From Dehalococcoidia bacterium (lineage in GTDB: Bacteria; Chloroflexota; Dehalococcoidia; UBA6926): a stretch of 64,000 nucleotides of DNA. The notes below the pieces were generated by a model. It made no database searches. It was not told the DNA's origin and worked only from the letters and a program-made list of their open reading frames with translations. Below, piece after piece: positions 29,966 through 39,321 of this stretch. The number at the start of each line of letters is the position of its first letter. Within the stretch, counting starts at the first letter, position 1. The stretch is from contig CAXXET010000006.1 in assembly GCA_963666115.2 (NCBI GenBank), forward strand, positions 32,001-96,000, written 5' to 3'. A program made the translations under genes and the position numbers.

Positions 29966-31003
29966 ATGAAAGCCGTCTACATCGAGGAGCGCGGCGGCCC
30001 TGAGAACCTGATCTACGGCGATATGCCGGACCCGGAGATGGCCGACGACCAGGTGCTCATCCGCGTCCGCGCCGCTTCCATAAACCGCTTTGATTTGAAC
30101 GCCCGCGCCGGCGAGAACGGCGTCATGGTCGGCCTGCCGCGCATCCTCGGCCTTGATCTGGCCGGTGAAGTCGAGAACGTGGGCATGGTGGCCATCGAGG
30201 CCGGAATCGTGCCGGGTATGCGCGTCGTCGCGGACCCCCGCCTTCCCTGCCAGTTGTGCCACTACTGTCGGCTTGGCAGCGATGAAGACTGCATGGACCG
30301 CTATGACCTCGGTTCCCGACTGCACGGCACGTACGCCGAGATGATCGCCGTCCCCGCCCGCGCCGTCCACGTCATCCCTGACGAACTCTCATTTGAAGAA
30401 GCCGCCGCCATGCCCATCGTGTTCAAGACCGCGTGGCGCATGTTGACCGCCAAAGCCCGCGTCCAACCCGGCGAAACCGTCCTGATCCACGCCATCGGCA
30501 GCGGCGTCGGCACCGCTGCCCTGCAGATCGCCAAGTTGCTCGGCTGCCGCGTTATCGCCACAGCCGGCTCCGACTGGAAGCTGGACCGCGCGCGTGAGAT
30601 GGGCGCAGATGAAACCGTCAGCTACGAGGATGGCGAAACGTGGCCGGAGATCGTCATGGCCCTCACGGAAAACGAGGGCGTGGACGCGGTCATCGACAAT
30701 GTCGGCGCGCCGCTCTGGGACGGCAGTTTTCGCGTCATGGCGCGGCAGGGGCGATTCGTCACGTGCGGTGTCACCGCCGGCCACCGCGTCTCGCTCCACC
30801 TTGGCCAGGTCTTCGTCCGCGGGCTGGAGGTCATGGGCATCGGAGGATTCCGAACCTCAGACTTCGAGCGAATCATGCAGCTCGCCCATCAGGGCAAGCT
30901 CAAGGGCACCGTCGGGCGCGTGTTCCCGCTGTCCGAGACGGCGGACGCGCACCGCCTGATGGAATCCCGCGATTTCTTCGGCAAGATCATACTCACGACC
31001 TAG
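29966..31003 (+). CDS. Zinc-binding alcohol dehydrogenase/quinone oxidoreductase (MDR family)
   Basis: CxxCxxC-x7-C structural zinc lobe, GSGVG, H..MESR.FFGKIIL. Confidence 0.92.
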   Translation: MKAVYIEERGGPENLIYGDMPDPEMADDQVLIRVRAASINRFDLNARAGENGVMVGLPRILGLDLAGEVENVGMVAIEAGIVPGMRVVADPRLPCQLCHYCRLGSDEDCMDRYDLGSRLHGTYAEMIAVPARAVHVIPDELSFEEAAAMPIVFKTAWRMLTAKARVQPGETVLIHAIGSGVGTAALQIAKLLGCRVIATAGSDWKLDRAREMGADETVSYEDGETWPEIVMALTENEGVDAVIDNVGAPLWDGSFRVMARQGRFVTCGVTAGHRVSLHLGQVFVRGLEVMGIGGFRTSDFERIMQLAHQGKLKGTVGRVFPLSETADAHRLMESRDFFGKIILTT

Positions 31004-31024
31004 CGACGGCACAGGACGGCAAGA

Positions 31025-31753
31025 GTGGCGCTGCCGGAGATCGCCAAACAGTCAATTGCGGAGGCTTTCGGCGCGTTCGTCCTCCTGGTGATCGGCGCAG
31101 GCTCGATCCTGACCGCAACGGCAACGGCGCCCGAATCCAACAGCCTCCTCGCCGTCGCGTTTGCGCACGGTTTCGCGATATTCATCGGCGTATCCGCCGT
31201 CGGCCACGTCTCCGGGGCGCACTTCAACCCCGCAGTCACGTTCGGATTCCTGATCACCGGCAAGATTGCGCCGCTGGCGGCGGTGGCCTATTGGGGATCG
31301 CAGCTCCTCGGCGCGGTCATCGGCGTGCTGCTGCTGAGCGTCGTCTTCTCCGCTGCGGGAGACATGAGCGACATGAAGAGCGCGGCAGAGGCGGCGAACC
31401 TGGGCGCGACGGCTTTGCACGGCGACGTATCGCCGCTAATGGGCATTCTCATTGAGGCCGTGCTCACGTTCATCCTGATGTTCGTCATCTTCCAGGTGGC
31501 TATCGACGAAAAGGGCCCATCGACCATCGCGCCAATCGCCATAGGCATGACCATCACCGTCGCCGCGATAATGGGCGGCTCGCTGACGGGCGCATCCCTC
31601 AACCCCGCCCGCACCTTTGGCCCAGCTCTCATCGCCGGCTACTGGACAGACCACTACGTCTACTGGGTAGGCCCCCTAATAGGCGCAGCCCTCGGCGCCC
31701 TAACCGCCGCCCACCTCATGCATGGCAAGCGCGCCAAAATCCCCTCTCCCTGA
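31025..31753 (+). CDS. Aquaporin (MIP family)
   Basis: SGAHFNPAVT and GASLNPART NPA motifs, YWVGPLIGA. Confidence 0.95.
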   Translation: MALPEIAKQSIAEAFGAFVLLVIGAGSILTATATAPESNSLLAVAFAHGFAIFIGVSAVGHVSGAHFNPAVTFGFLITGKIAPLAAVAYWGSQLLGAVIGVLLLSVVFSAAGDMSDMKSAAEAANLGATALHGDVSPLMGILIEAVLTFILMFVIFQVAIDEKGPSTIAPIAIGMTITVAAIMGGSLTGASLNPARTFGPALIAGYWTDHYVYWVGPLIGAALGALTAAHLMHGKRAKIPSP

Positions 31754-31774
31754 GGGAGAGGATTAGGGTGAGGG
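31738..31774 (+). repeat. REP-like family C copy overlapping the aquaporin stop codon
   Basis: aatcccctctccctgagggagaggattagggtgaggg, matching the copy at 25935. Confidence 0.8.
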
Positions 31775-31777
31775 CGA

Positions 31778-33067
31778 TTACCGCTCGTTGATCGGCACGT
31801 AGTCCCGCTCCGGCGCGCCAACGTAAAGCTGCCGCGGCCGGACGATGCGCTGCTCCCGGTCCGTCACGCCCTCATTCCACTGCGCCATCCAGCCGGACGT
31901 GCGCGGCACCGCGAACAGCACCGGGAACATCTCCACCGGGAATCCCATCGCCTGGTAGATCAGCCCGGAATAGAAGTCCACGTTCGGATAGAGCTGGCGG
32001 GAGACGAAGAATTCGTCCTCCAGCGCGATGCGCTCCAGCTCCAGCGCGATCTCCAGCAGCGGGTTGACGCCCGTCACCTCGAAGACGCGGTCCGCCATCG
32101 TCTTGATGATGCGGGCGCGCGGGTCGTAGTTCTTGTACACGCGGTGCCCGAAACCCATCAGCCGCCCGCTCACCCCGTCCTTCACGTTCTTGATGAACTC
32201 CGGCACGTTGTCCTTCGTGCCGATGTGCTGAAGCATCCTGATCACGGCCTCATTCGCGCCGCCGTGCAGCGGGCCGGATAGTGAGCCAATCGCGCCCGCA
32301 AGCGCCGAGTACGGATCGGCCTGTGAACTTGCAATCGCGCGCATCGCGTTCGCGCTCGCGTTCTGCTCATGGTCCGCGTGCAGGATGAACAGCACGTCGA
32401 TAGCCCGCTCGATGACGGGATTCGGCACGTACTTCGGCTCCACCATGCGGAACAGCATGTTCAGGAAATTCCCCGAGTACGTTAGGTCGTTGTCAGGGTA
32501 GATGAACGGATAGCTCAGCGTGTGGCGGTAGCACCATGCCGCGACCGTGGCGACCTTGCTGATGGCACGCACCGTCTGTATCCTGCGCGACTCCGGGTCC
32601 GTAACGTCCCGCGCCGCCGGGTAATACGTGCTCATCGTGCCCATCGTGCCCAGCAGCATCCCCATGGGGTGCGCGTCGTAGCGGTACGTCTCCATCTGCT
32701 CCCGCACGGTCTCAAGCACCATCGTGCGGTAGCGGACGTCCTCCTCGAACTCCAGGAGTTGATCCGCGTTGGGAAGCTCTCCGTTCAGGAGCAGGTACAC
32801 AACCTCCAGGTACGTCGAGTACTCCGCCAACTGCTCGATTGGATACCCCCGGTACCGCAGGATGCCCGCGTCCCCGTCGATGTACGTGACGGAACTGCGC
32901 ACGGTGGCCGTGTTGAGCAGGGACGGGTCATAGCTCATCAGCCCGAAGTCGTCGTCGGACGTCTTGATTTGCCGGAGATCGGCTGCGCGGACTGCCCCGT
33001 CGGCTATCGGCAGGTCATACTCCTTGCCGGTCCGATTGTCCGTTACCTTCAAAGACTCCGAGGCCAT
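31778..33067 (-). CDS. gltA: Citrate synthase
   Basis: YRGYPIEQLA, LHADHEQN, GPLHGGANE, MGFGHRVYK, PNVDFYSG. Confidence 0.97.
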   Translation of the reverse strand: MASESLKVTDNRTGKEYDLPIADGAVRAADLRQIKTSDDDFGLMSYDPSLLNTATVRSSVTYIDGDAGILRYRGYPIEQLAEYSTYLEVVYLLLNGELPNADQLLEFEEDVRYRTMVLETVREQMETYRYDAHPMGMLLGTMGTMSTYYPAARDVTDPESRRIQTVRAISKVATVAAWCYRHTLSYPFIYPDNDLTYSGNFLNMLFRMVEPKYVPNPVIERAIDVLFILHADHEQNASANAMRAIASSQADPYSALAGAIGSLSGPLHGGANEAVIRMLQHIGTKDNVPEFIKNVKDGVSGRLMGFGHRVYKNYDPRARIIKTMADRVFEVTGVNPLLEIALELERIALEDEFFVSRQLYPNVDFYSGLIYQAMGFPVEMFPVLFAVPRTSGWMAQWNEGVTDREQRIVRPRQLYVGAPERDYVPINER

Positions 33068-33145
33068 TGTCGCCCCCCAATGGAATACGCAGCTTCACGA
33101 CATTCAGTTAGTGTACAACTACACGCGCCTGCGTAGTAGGGGACG

Positions 33146-33862
33146 CTACCGAACGGCCAGCGGGTTCAGATTCGTCGCCTCGTCGTACACGTCAATGCCC
33201 TCCTGTTTCTTGAGGAACGTGACGACAGCGTAGGTGAGCGGTGTGGCGGCGGTCTCGTACACGACTTTCATCAGCCATTCGACGAAGAAGATGCGCCACA
33301 CGTCGCCCATGGAGAGGACGCCGACGAAGGCGATGAACGTGAAGAGGAACGTGTCCAGCGCCTGCCCGCCGATCGTTGACGAGATGGTTCGCAGCCACAG
33401 CATCCGCCCCTCCGTCATGACCTTCAGGCGCGCCAGGATGATGGCATTCGTGAACGAGCCGACCACATACGCGATGAAAGACGCCACGAGCAGCCGCCCC
33501 GCGAACCCGAGGATAGTGTCATACGCGGCCTGATCCCCCCAATCGCTCGCCGCCGGCAGCAGCCCCCCAAGGTAGATCGCGATGACCATCAGCAGATTCG
33601 CGGCGAACCCCGCCCAGATCACGCGCCGGGCCACCGCGTATCCGTACACCTCCGTCAGCACGTCCCCAACGATATAGCTCAGGGGAAACACAACAATAGC
33701 GGACGTAACGATCAACTCCCCAACAACCGGCGCATCCCCCAACGTAACGATCCGAACCGCAATGATATTCGACGTCAAAAGCGCCGCAACAAAAGCCGCC
33801 ACCACCAGCAAAAACCACCGGGAACCCGCCCGCGCGGCCCCGTCCCCCACGTCGTGCGCCAT
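33146..33862 (-). CDS. Queuosine-precursor transporter (YhhQ/Vut_1 family)
   Basis: FPLSYI.GDVLTEVYG, AS..AY, WLRTI.ST..GQ.LDT, K..YE...TP.TY. Confidence 0.9.
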   Translation of the reverse strand: MAHDVGDGAARAGSRWFLLVVAAFVAALLTSNIIAVRIVTLGDAPVVGELIVTSAIVVFPLSYIVGDVLTEVYGYAVARRVIWAGFAANLLMVIAIYLGGLLPAASDWGDQAAYDTILGFAGRLLVASFIAYVVGSFTNAIILARLKVMTEGRMLWLRTISSTIGGQALDTFLFTFIAFVGVLSMGDVWRIFFVEWLMKVVYETAATPLTYAVVTFLKKQEGIDVYDEATNLNPLAVR

Positions 33863-33866
33863 GCCG

Positions 33867-34478
33867 TTACGGTTCGACACCGATCAAAATGAGGGGCACC
33901 GCCGGTATGCCCCTCCCCTGCCGTATGAGGTTATAGAGTTCCCCCTCATAATGGGGGACTCCTGAGGACATCTCATCATGGAGTTTCTTGGTCGGCACGA
34001 TTTCGACGCCGACATCGATCACGTCCCCCACAAAGAACGCCATGTGCTTCACGAACAGATCAAAGGCGACGAACGCATACTTGCCGAACTGCACTTCGAC
34101 AGCAACGCGCTCTTTGACGAAGTCGGTCTGATTGTAGGAGAAGATCGGGGTTTGGCCCGCCTCCTCAATCTGCCGCTTCTGTTCATCCGCAGGGAGTTGA
34201 ATCGTGCGCCTGATGAGCTGCGAGTCTTGCGTGACCCAATAGGACGTCCGGCTCTCCCGCCAGCCGCGCGCCTTGAATTCAGAACTGAAGCGTGAGTTCA
34301 AACCCGGCGGTGAAAATAGCCGCCGCCCCTCCTTGCGTTTCTCCCTGGAAACCTTGGTTCTCTGTTCCTCAGCGTCAATGCTCTCGATGGTCGATTCGAT
34401 CTCTCGCCACAAGTCGGGCTGATGGACAAGCAAGTACTCAAGGCCGTTGAGGTGTGAGTACCTAGCCGCGATCTTCAT
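33867..34478 (-). CDS. Type II restriction endonuclease, BglII/BstYI family
   Basis: YSHLNG.EYL, NQTDFVKERVAVEVQFGKY (D..ExQ active site of this family). Confidence 0.88.
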   Translation of the reverse strand: MKIAARYSHLNGLEYLLVHQPDLWREIESTIESIDAEEQRTKVSREKRKEGRRLFSPPGLNSRFSSEFKARGWRESRTSYWVTQDSQLIRRTIQLPADEQKRQIEEAGQTPIFSYNQTDFVKERVAVEVQFGKYAFVAFDLFVKHMAFFVGDVIDVGVEIVPTKKLHDEMSSGVPHYEGELYNLIRQGRGIPAVPLILIGVEP

Positions 34479-35460
34479 ATCCCGCCTGCTTGTCGAATAA
34501 GCGACGTTTGTCCACGTGGTCATCCCATTCCGCCGGCCGGCGGGTTAGAGTCTCACCGTTTGGTTGATACTTCTTCGTGCCCAGGGCTCGTCTCCGCAGA
34601 GACCCGGATAGCGCCTGCTCAACACGCTCCACCGCCGTCTCCACATAAGATTCGTCCTGATCCACACCGACCGCTCTCCTGTCATGCAAGACGCTTGCCA
34701 CGGCAGCCGAACCGACGCCCATGAACGGATCGAGTACGACATCTCCAGGCTCCGTGAGCGCCAATACCAGTCTCTCCACCAGTTCAATCGGAAACTGAGC
34801 CGGATGGTGCGTCTTTTCGGGGTGGTTGTGCTTGACGTTTGGAATGTCCCAGATGCCCTCTCCCCACTCCTCCGCAACCTTGAGCCAGAGATCGCCGGGA
34901 TTCTTGCCGAGTGGATTGCTGGAGTATTGGCCCTTCTTCGGGCCTTTGTGATACTTCTTGCCCGGGTACTTTTGCGGCACTCGAAGCGGGTCCAGGTTGA
35001 ACAGATACTCGTCCGACTTCGTGAACCACAGGATCGACTCGTAGCGTCCTGAAAGCCGCCGGCGTGCGTGCAGCCCGTGCTCAAACGCCCAGATGATGCG
35101 GTTCCGCAGCTTGAGGCCGAGCTTGTCGTGCAGGATGCCGAAGAAGATGAAATCAAGCGGTACAATCTCCCCTGATCGGACGTAGTTGCCGACTTCCCAG
35201 CACAAACTCCCGTCGTCGGCGAGAACCCGCTTGCACTCCGCCAACACGTCCGTCTGCCAAGCCGCATAATCGTCCAGGTTGCGCGTGTGCTCGTATTCCT
35301 TGCCGATGTTGTAGGGCGGGGAGGAAACGATGAGCCGTGCGGCGCCATCCGGCACGGTTCGAAGAAAATCCAATGCATCGGCGCATGCCAGGAGGACATC
35401 ACTTCCGGGCTCGAATACGCCGCCGAGGCTTACATCCAATTGCTTGCTGCCGAGTGTCAT
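34462..35460 (-). CDS. N4-cytosine/N6-adenine DNA methyltransferase (beta class)
   Basis: SSPPYN, HPAQFP, VLDPFMGVG; overlaps the endonuclease start; start trimmed to MTLGSK. Confidence 0.92.
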   Translation of the reverse strand: MTLGSKQLDVSLGGVFEPGSDVLLACADALDFLRTVPDGAARLIVSSPPYNIGKEYEHTRNLDDYAAWQTDVLAECKRVLADDGSLCWEVGNYVRSGEIVPLDFIFFGILHDKLGLKLRNRIIWAFEHGLHARRRLSGRYESILWFTKSDEYLFNLDPLRVPQKYPGKKYHKGPKKGQYSSNPLGKNPGDLWLKVAEEWGEGIWDIPNVKHNHPEKTHHPAQFPIELVERLVLALTEPGDVVLDPFMGVGSAAVASVLHDRRAVGVDQDESYVETAVERVEQALSGSLRRRALGTKKYQPNGETLTRRPAEWDDHVDKRRLFDKQAGYEDRG

Positions 35461-35616
35461 CACATTCTTGCCTGTCACACCCCCAGAACCGTCATTAGCA
35501 TAGCCCACCCGCCCCGCGCGGCGGAATGCCCGGCGATACGGTACGATGACTGTAGATGCGCCCACGACACGCCGGGTGCCTGCTCTACCGCGGCTTAGTC
35601 AGGAGAGAATTGCACA

Positions 35617-35955
35617 ATGGCGCTGCTCTGCTTCGATGTTGACGGAACGCTCGACACCGGTGACGGACCTATTCCCGTGTCCGTCCTGCATGACCTCAAG
35701 GGCATGGGTCACGATGTCATCATCGTCTCCCCGTCCCCGCTCCGCCCCAAAGACGCCGGCTTCCCGGAATTCCTGAGTGTCGATCGCAAGAAGAACCTCC
35801 TCGATGCCCTCGATGCCCACCCTAATGACCGGCCCGTCTACATCAGCGACAACGATGGCGATGACAAGCTCTCCGAAGAAGTCAACTTCGAGTACGTCCA
35901 CCCTCTTTTCTGGACACCCTTCTACACCCGCCTAACCTCCGACTCCTCCGGCTAA
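35617..35955 (+). CDS. Minimal capless HAD-superfamily hydrolase
   Basis: FDVDGTL motif I, IVS motif II, YISDN motif IV; AGGAG ribosome-binding site. Confidence 0.75.
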   Translation: MALLCFDVDGTLDTGDGPIPVSVLHDLKGMGHDVIIVSPSPLRPKDAGFPEFLSVDRKKNLLDALDAHPNDRPVYISDNDGDDKLSEEVNFEYVHPLFWTPFYTRLTSDSSG

Positions 35956-35971
35956 TCCCCCGGCGCCACCT

Positions 35972-35999
35972 CCGTTTTTCCCGCGAAGACGGGAACCCA
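35972..35999 (+). repeat. Degenerate REP-like family A copy
   Basis: ccgtttttcccgcgaagacgggaaccca. Confidence 0.65.
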
Positions 36000-36386
36000 G
36001 TCCCCGCTCACGTCCCCATTTCCCATCCAACTTGACATCCGTTATTCCACCGATTCACGCCCCAAACCCCAAAACACGCCGTCCTCGTCGCATTAAACCC
36101 CCATTAACCCTGCATCTCGCGGAGCATATCCGTTCTGCCAGTAAGAAACCGCACATAAAGCCAGCTTATGCCGAATACGTCAATATCTGCCTCGTCTGAA
36201 TCCCTAGTCCTCGCGGTGCGCGTCCCTGGTGCGCGTGCCCACGCGCCTCGTGTCACGCTACCGCATAGGCGCGGCGCAGATAGGGTTGTTGACGGCTTGA
36301 CATTATGGTAGTATGACTCCTGAAACACCATGATGTGCGCGGCGGAAGAAGACAGGACGCCGCGCAGGGTAGGCAGGAGGTGCGCG

Positions 36387-36692
36387 ATGACGCAGACTTT
36401 GCACAAGGGTGACCTGGCCGGAATAGTGGCGCAGCGCATAGGCGGGACCCGATCCAACGGCGAGGCCGCGCTGAATGCGGTCACTGGCGCCATTCAGGAA
36501 TCCCTGACCCGCGGCGACCGCGTGGTCATCACGGGGTTCGGCAGCTTTGAGGTTCGCAAGATCAAGGAGCGCACCGTGCGCCCCCTCCGCGGCCCCAACG
36601 CCGGCAACCCCACCAAGGTTGCGGCCCATGACCGCGTCGGGTTCTCACCCGGCACGGAACTCGCCAACGCCGTCAAGCGAAACGGCGCCTAA
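36387..36692 (+). CDS. hup: HU-family DNA-binding protein
   Basis: KGDLAG.VA, V.ITGFGSFEV, VGFSPG..L; AGGAGG ribosome-binding site. Confidence 0.9.
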   Translation: MTQTLHKGDLAGIVAQRIGGTRSNGEAALNAVTGAIQESLTRGDRVVITGFGSFEVRKIKERTVRPLRGPNAGNPTKVAAHDRVGFSPGTELANAVKRNGA

Positions 36693-36740
36693 TCTGACGG
36701 CGCGGCGCGACTCGGCCGCGCGCCGCGCCTTGTCTGCTCC

Positions 36741-36777
36741 TAAACCGGCGCTCCCCGGGACGGGGAGCGCCGGTTTA
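36741..36777. terminator. Probable bidirectional terminator between the convergent hup and ribH genes
   Basis: 17-bp perfect stem (taaaccggcgctccccg-gga-cggggagcgccggttta); a second GC hairpin at about 36699-36729. Confidence 0.7.
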
Positions 36778-37266
36778 TTGGTTCCTCAGTGAAGCCAGTA
36801 GTCCGGCCATCTCCAGCGCGCCTGTAGCCGCGTCATAACCCCGGTTGCTCCCCGGCCCGCCTGAACGCGCCAGCGCCTGTTCCATCGTGTCCGTTGTCAG
36901 CACGCCGAACAGGCAGGGCACTCCCGTATCCAGCGAGACCCGGGTCACGGCCTGCGTCACTGCCATTGAGACGTAATCGAAATGCGCCGTCTCGCCGCGG
37001 ATGACCGCGCCGATGCAGATGACCGCCGCATACTTTTTCGACTCTGCCATCGCCTGCGCGGCCGGACCAATCTCAAACGATCCGGGCACATAAGCCACGT
37101 CGATGGACCCGTCCGACACGCCGTTCTCGCCAAGTGCCGAAAGCGCGCCGTCCAGCATCCTGCTTGTGATCAGCTCATTGAAGCGCGCGACGACGATGCC
37201 GATGCGCGCGATGCCCGGCTCACGCCCCTCATTCCAGGGAAGGGGGTCGATGACGTTCGGCGGCAC
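36775..37266 (-). CDS. ribH: 6,7-dimethyl-8-ribityllumazine synthase
   Basis: [29 protein letters not shown]. Confidence 0.96.
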   Translation of the reverse strand: MPPNVIDPLPWNEGREPGIARIGIVVARFNELITSRMLDGALSALGENGVSDGSIDVAYVPGSFEIGPAAQAMAESKKYAAVICIGAVIRGETAHFDYVSMAVTQAVTRVSLDTGVPCLFGVLTTDTMEQALARSGGPGSNRGYDAATGALEMAGLLASLRNQ

Positions 37267-37300
37267 GCTGGTTTTTTCTCCGTGAGGCGAAAGGCGTCCG

Positions 37301-38551
37301 CTAGGACTGCTGCTCCGCGTCCACCGCCGCCTCGTCCCCGGAAACGACCTCCATCCCCGTCAGGATGTGCCCCATCTTGTCCCGCTTGGTCTGCAAGTAG
37401 CGGCGATTATGCGCGTTCGGTTCCACCTCGATCGGCACGCGTTCCACAAGCTCCAGCCCGAAGGCGTCCAGCCCCACAACCTTGCGCGGGTTATTCGTCA
37501 TCAGCTTGAGCTTTCGCACGCCCAGGTCCACGAGGATCTGCGCGCCGATGCCGTAATCCCGCAAGTCCGGCGGAAAGCCCATTTGAACATTCGCCTCCAC
37601 CGTATCCAGCCCGGTGTCTTGTAGCGCGTACGCCCGCAGCTTGTTGTGCAGACCCACGCCGCGCCCCTCCTGCCTCATGTAGAGGAAGACCCCGGAACCC
37701 TCTGCGGCGATGTGCTCCAGCGCCAGGTCGAGCTGCTCGCCGCAGTCGCACCGCATTGAACTGAATACGTCGCCCGTCACGCATTCGCTGTGAACGCGCG
37801 TCAGCATGGGCTCGTCGGAACTGACGTCGCCCATCACGAGCGCAACGTGCTCCTTGGCATCGATGGAGCTCGCATAGCCGTATGCGCGGAACACCCCGTG
37901 CCGCGTTGGCAGGTCCGCCACGCCGCGCCGCTCCACCATCGTCTCCCGTTGGCGCCGGTACTCGATGATCTGCGCGATGGTGATGATGGGAATATCCCAC
38001 TTGGCGGACAGTACTTCTAGCTGCGGCATCCGCGCCATCGTCCCGTCCTCGTTCATGATTTCGCAGATGACCCCTGCCGGATACAGCCCCGCCGCCCGCG
38101 CCAGGTCGATCACCGCCTCCGTGTGCCCCGTGCGCACCAGCACGCCGCCCTCGCGGTATCGGAGCGGGAACATGTGGCCCGGCCGCATCAGGTCTCCCGA
38201 CCGCGTCTCCGGGTGGACGAGCGCGCGAATCGTCGTCGAACGGTCGCCCGCCGAAATGCCCGTCGTCACGCCCGTCTTGGCGTCCACGGACTCGGTGAAC
38301 GCGGTGGAGAGCGGCGAGGTATTGTTCTGCGCCATCATGGGGATGCCGAGCTCGTCGAGACGCTCGCCGAGAAGAGGCACGCAGATGAGGCCGCGCGCGT
38401 GCATCGCCATGAAGTTGACCTTCTCCGGCGTTATCAAATCCGCCGCCAGCGCAAGATCGCCTTCGTTCTCGCGTTCGGCGTCGTCGACGATAATGACGAA
38501 TTCGCCGCGCCGCATCCGCGTTGCAGCGCCCTCGACGTCGATGATGCTCAT
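37301..38551 (-). CDS. ribBA: Bifunctional DHBP synthase/GTP cyclohydrolase II
   Basis: RENEGDL, TTGISA.DR, GHTEA, RVHSEC.TGD..S.RCDC, QEGRG.GL, TNNP. Confidence 0.97.
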   Translation of the reverse strand: MSIIDVEGAATRMRRGEFVIIVDDAERENEGDLALAADLITPEKVNFMAMHARGLICVPLLGERLDELGIPMMAQNNTSPLSTAFTESVDAKTGVTTGISAGDRSTTIRALVHPETRSGDLMRPGHMFPLRYREGGVLVRTGHTEAVIDLARAAGLYPAGVICEIMNEDGTMARMPQLEVLSAKWDIPIITIAQIIEYRRQRETMVERRGVADLPTRHGVFRAYGYASSIDAKEHVALVMGDVSSDEPMLTRVHSECVTGDVFSSMRCDCGEQLDLALEHIAAEGSGVFLYMRQEGRGVGLHNKLRAYALQDTGLDTVEANVQMGFPPDLRDYGIGAQILVDLGVRKLKLMTNNPRKVVGLDAFGLELVERVPIEVEPNAHNRRYLQTKRDKMGHILTGMEVVSGDEAAVDAEQQS

Positions 38552-39171
38552 GCCCGTGCCTCCACCCCCTCGCCAAGGGTGCTGATCCCCTCGCGATCCC
38601 CCTGCAGCAGTTTCTCCGCGTACTTGGCGAATATATCCGTTTCCAGGTTCACCGGCATCCCCACGTACGCCTCGCCCAGGTCGGTGTTCTCATACGTGTG
38701 CCGCACCAGCGACACGGAAAAAGATTCGTCGTCCAGCCCCATGACCGTCAGGCTGATGCCGTTCACCGTGATGAACGCCTTTTCCACGAGATACTTCATC
38801 ACCTCGGGCGGCGCGGTGACCCGCACCAGTCGCGCGTCCGCCTCCGGCGTGATCTCCGCGACCGTGCCCGTGCCGTCGACGTGCCCCTGCACCAGGTGGC
38901 CGCCAAGGCGGCTGTTGAACGTCACGGCGCGTTCCAGGTTGATGGGGCTGCCCGGCTTGAGCGCGTGCATCCCCGTCCGCCGCAGTGTCTCGGGCATCAC
39001 GTCGAAGCTAACCCGTCCATCCGTCATCTCCGTCACGGTCAGGCACGCGCCGTTCACAGACAGGCTGTCGCCGATGCGCGTTTCACCCAGAGTCACGTCG
39101 GCCTCCACAACCAGGCCGCCCTCGCCGATGGCGATAATCCGCCCCACCTCTTCAACAATCCCCGTAAACAC
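38548..39171 (-). CDS. ribE: Riboflavin synthase (alpha chain)
   Basis: Canonical (M)FTGIVE N-terminus at GTG 39171; VNGACLT, GGHLVQGHVD. Confidence 0.95.
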   Translation of the reverse strand: MFTGIVEEVGRIIAIGEGGLVVEADVTLGETRIGDSLSVNGACLTVTEMTDGRVSFDVMPETLRRTGMHALKPGSPINLERAVTFNSRLGGHLVQGHVDGTGTVAEITPEADARLVRVTAPPEVMKYLVEKAFITVNGISLTVMGLDDESFSVSLVRHTYENTDLGEAYVGMPVNLETDIFAKYAEKLLQGDREGISTLGEGVEARA

Positions 39172-39209
39172 CTTCCAATCCCCTAATCCCCGTAAGCACC
39201 CTGCAATCC

Positions 39210-39275
39210 CCTCATTTCGGCGAAAGCCGGAATCCATCCGGTTCCCTCCGTCATTCCCGCGAAAGCGGGAATCTC
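39210..39275 (+). repeat. Two tandem REP-like family A copies inside the rib operon
   Basis: cctcatttcggcgaaagccggaatcca and cgtcattcccgcgaaagcgggaatctc. Confidence 0.85.
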
Positions 39276-39321
39276 ACACGCATTTGCTCATCAACATGCC
39301 CATGATTATACGCTTGTACGC

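Noticed and set aside
33146-35460. 7-deazaguanine DNA-modification system implied by yhhQ next to RM genes
   Set aside because: No dpdA/tgt, queC, queD, queE or folE genes nearby; the methylase is an ordinary N4/N6 type
39172-39237. N-terminal extension of RibE (MDSGFRRNE...) in the ORF track
   Set aside because: It is translated repeat sequence; riboflavin synthase begins at the conserved MFTG
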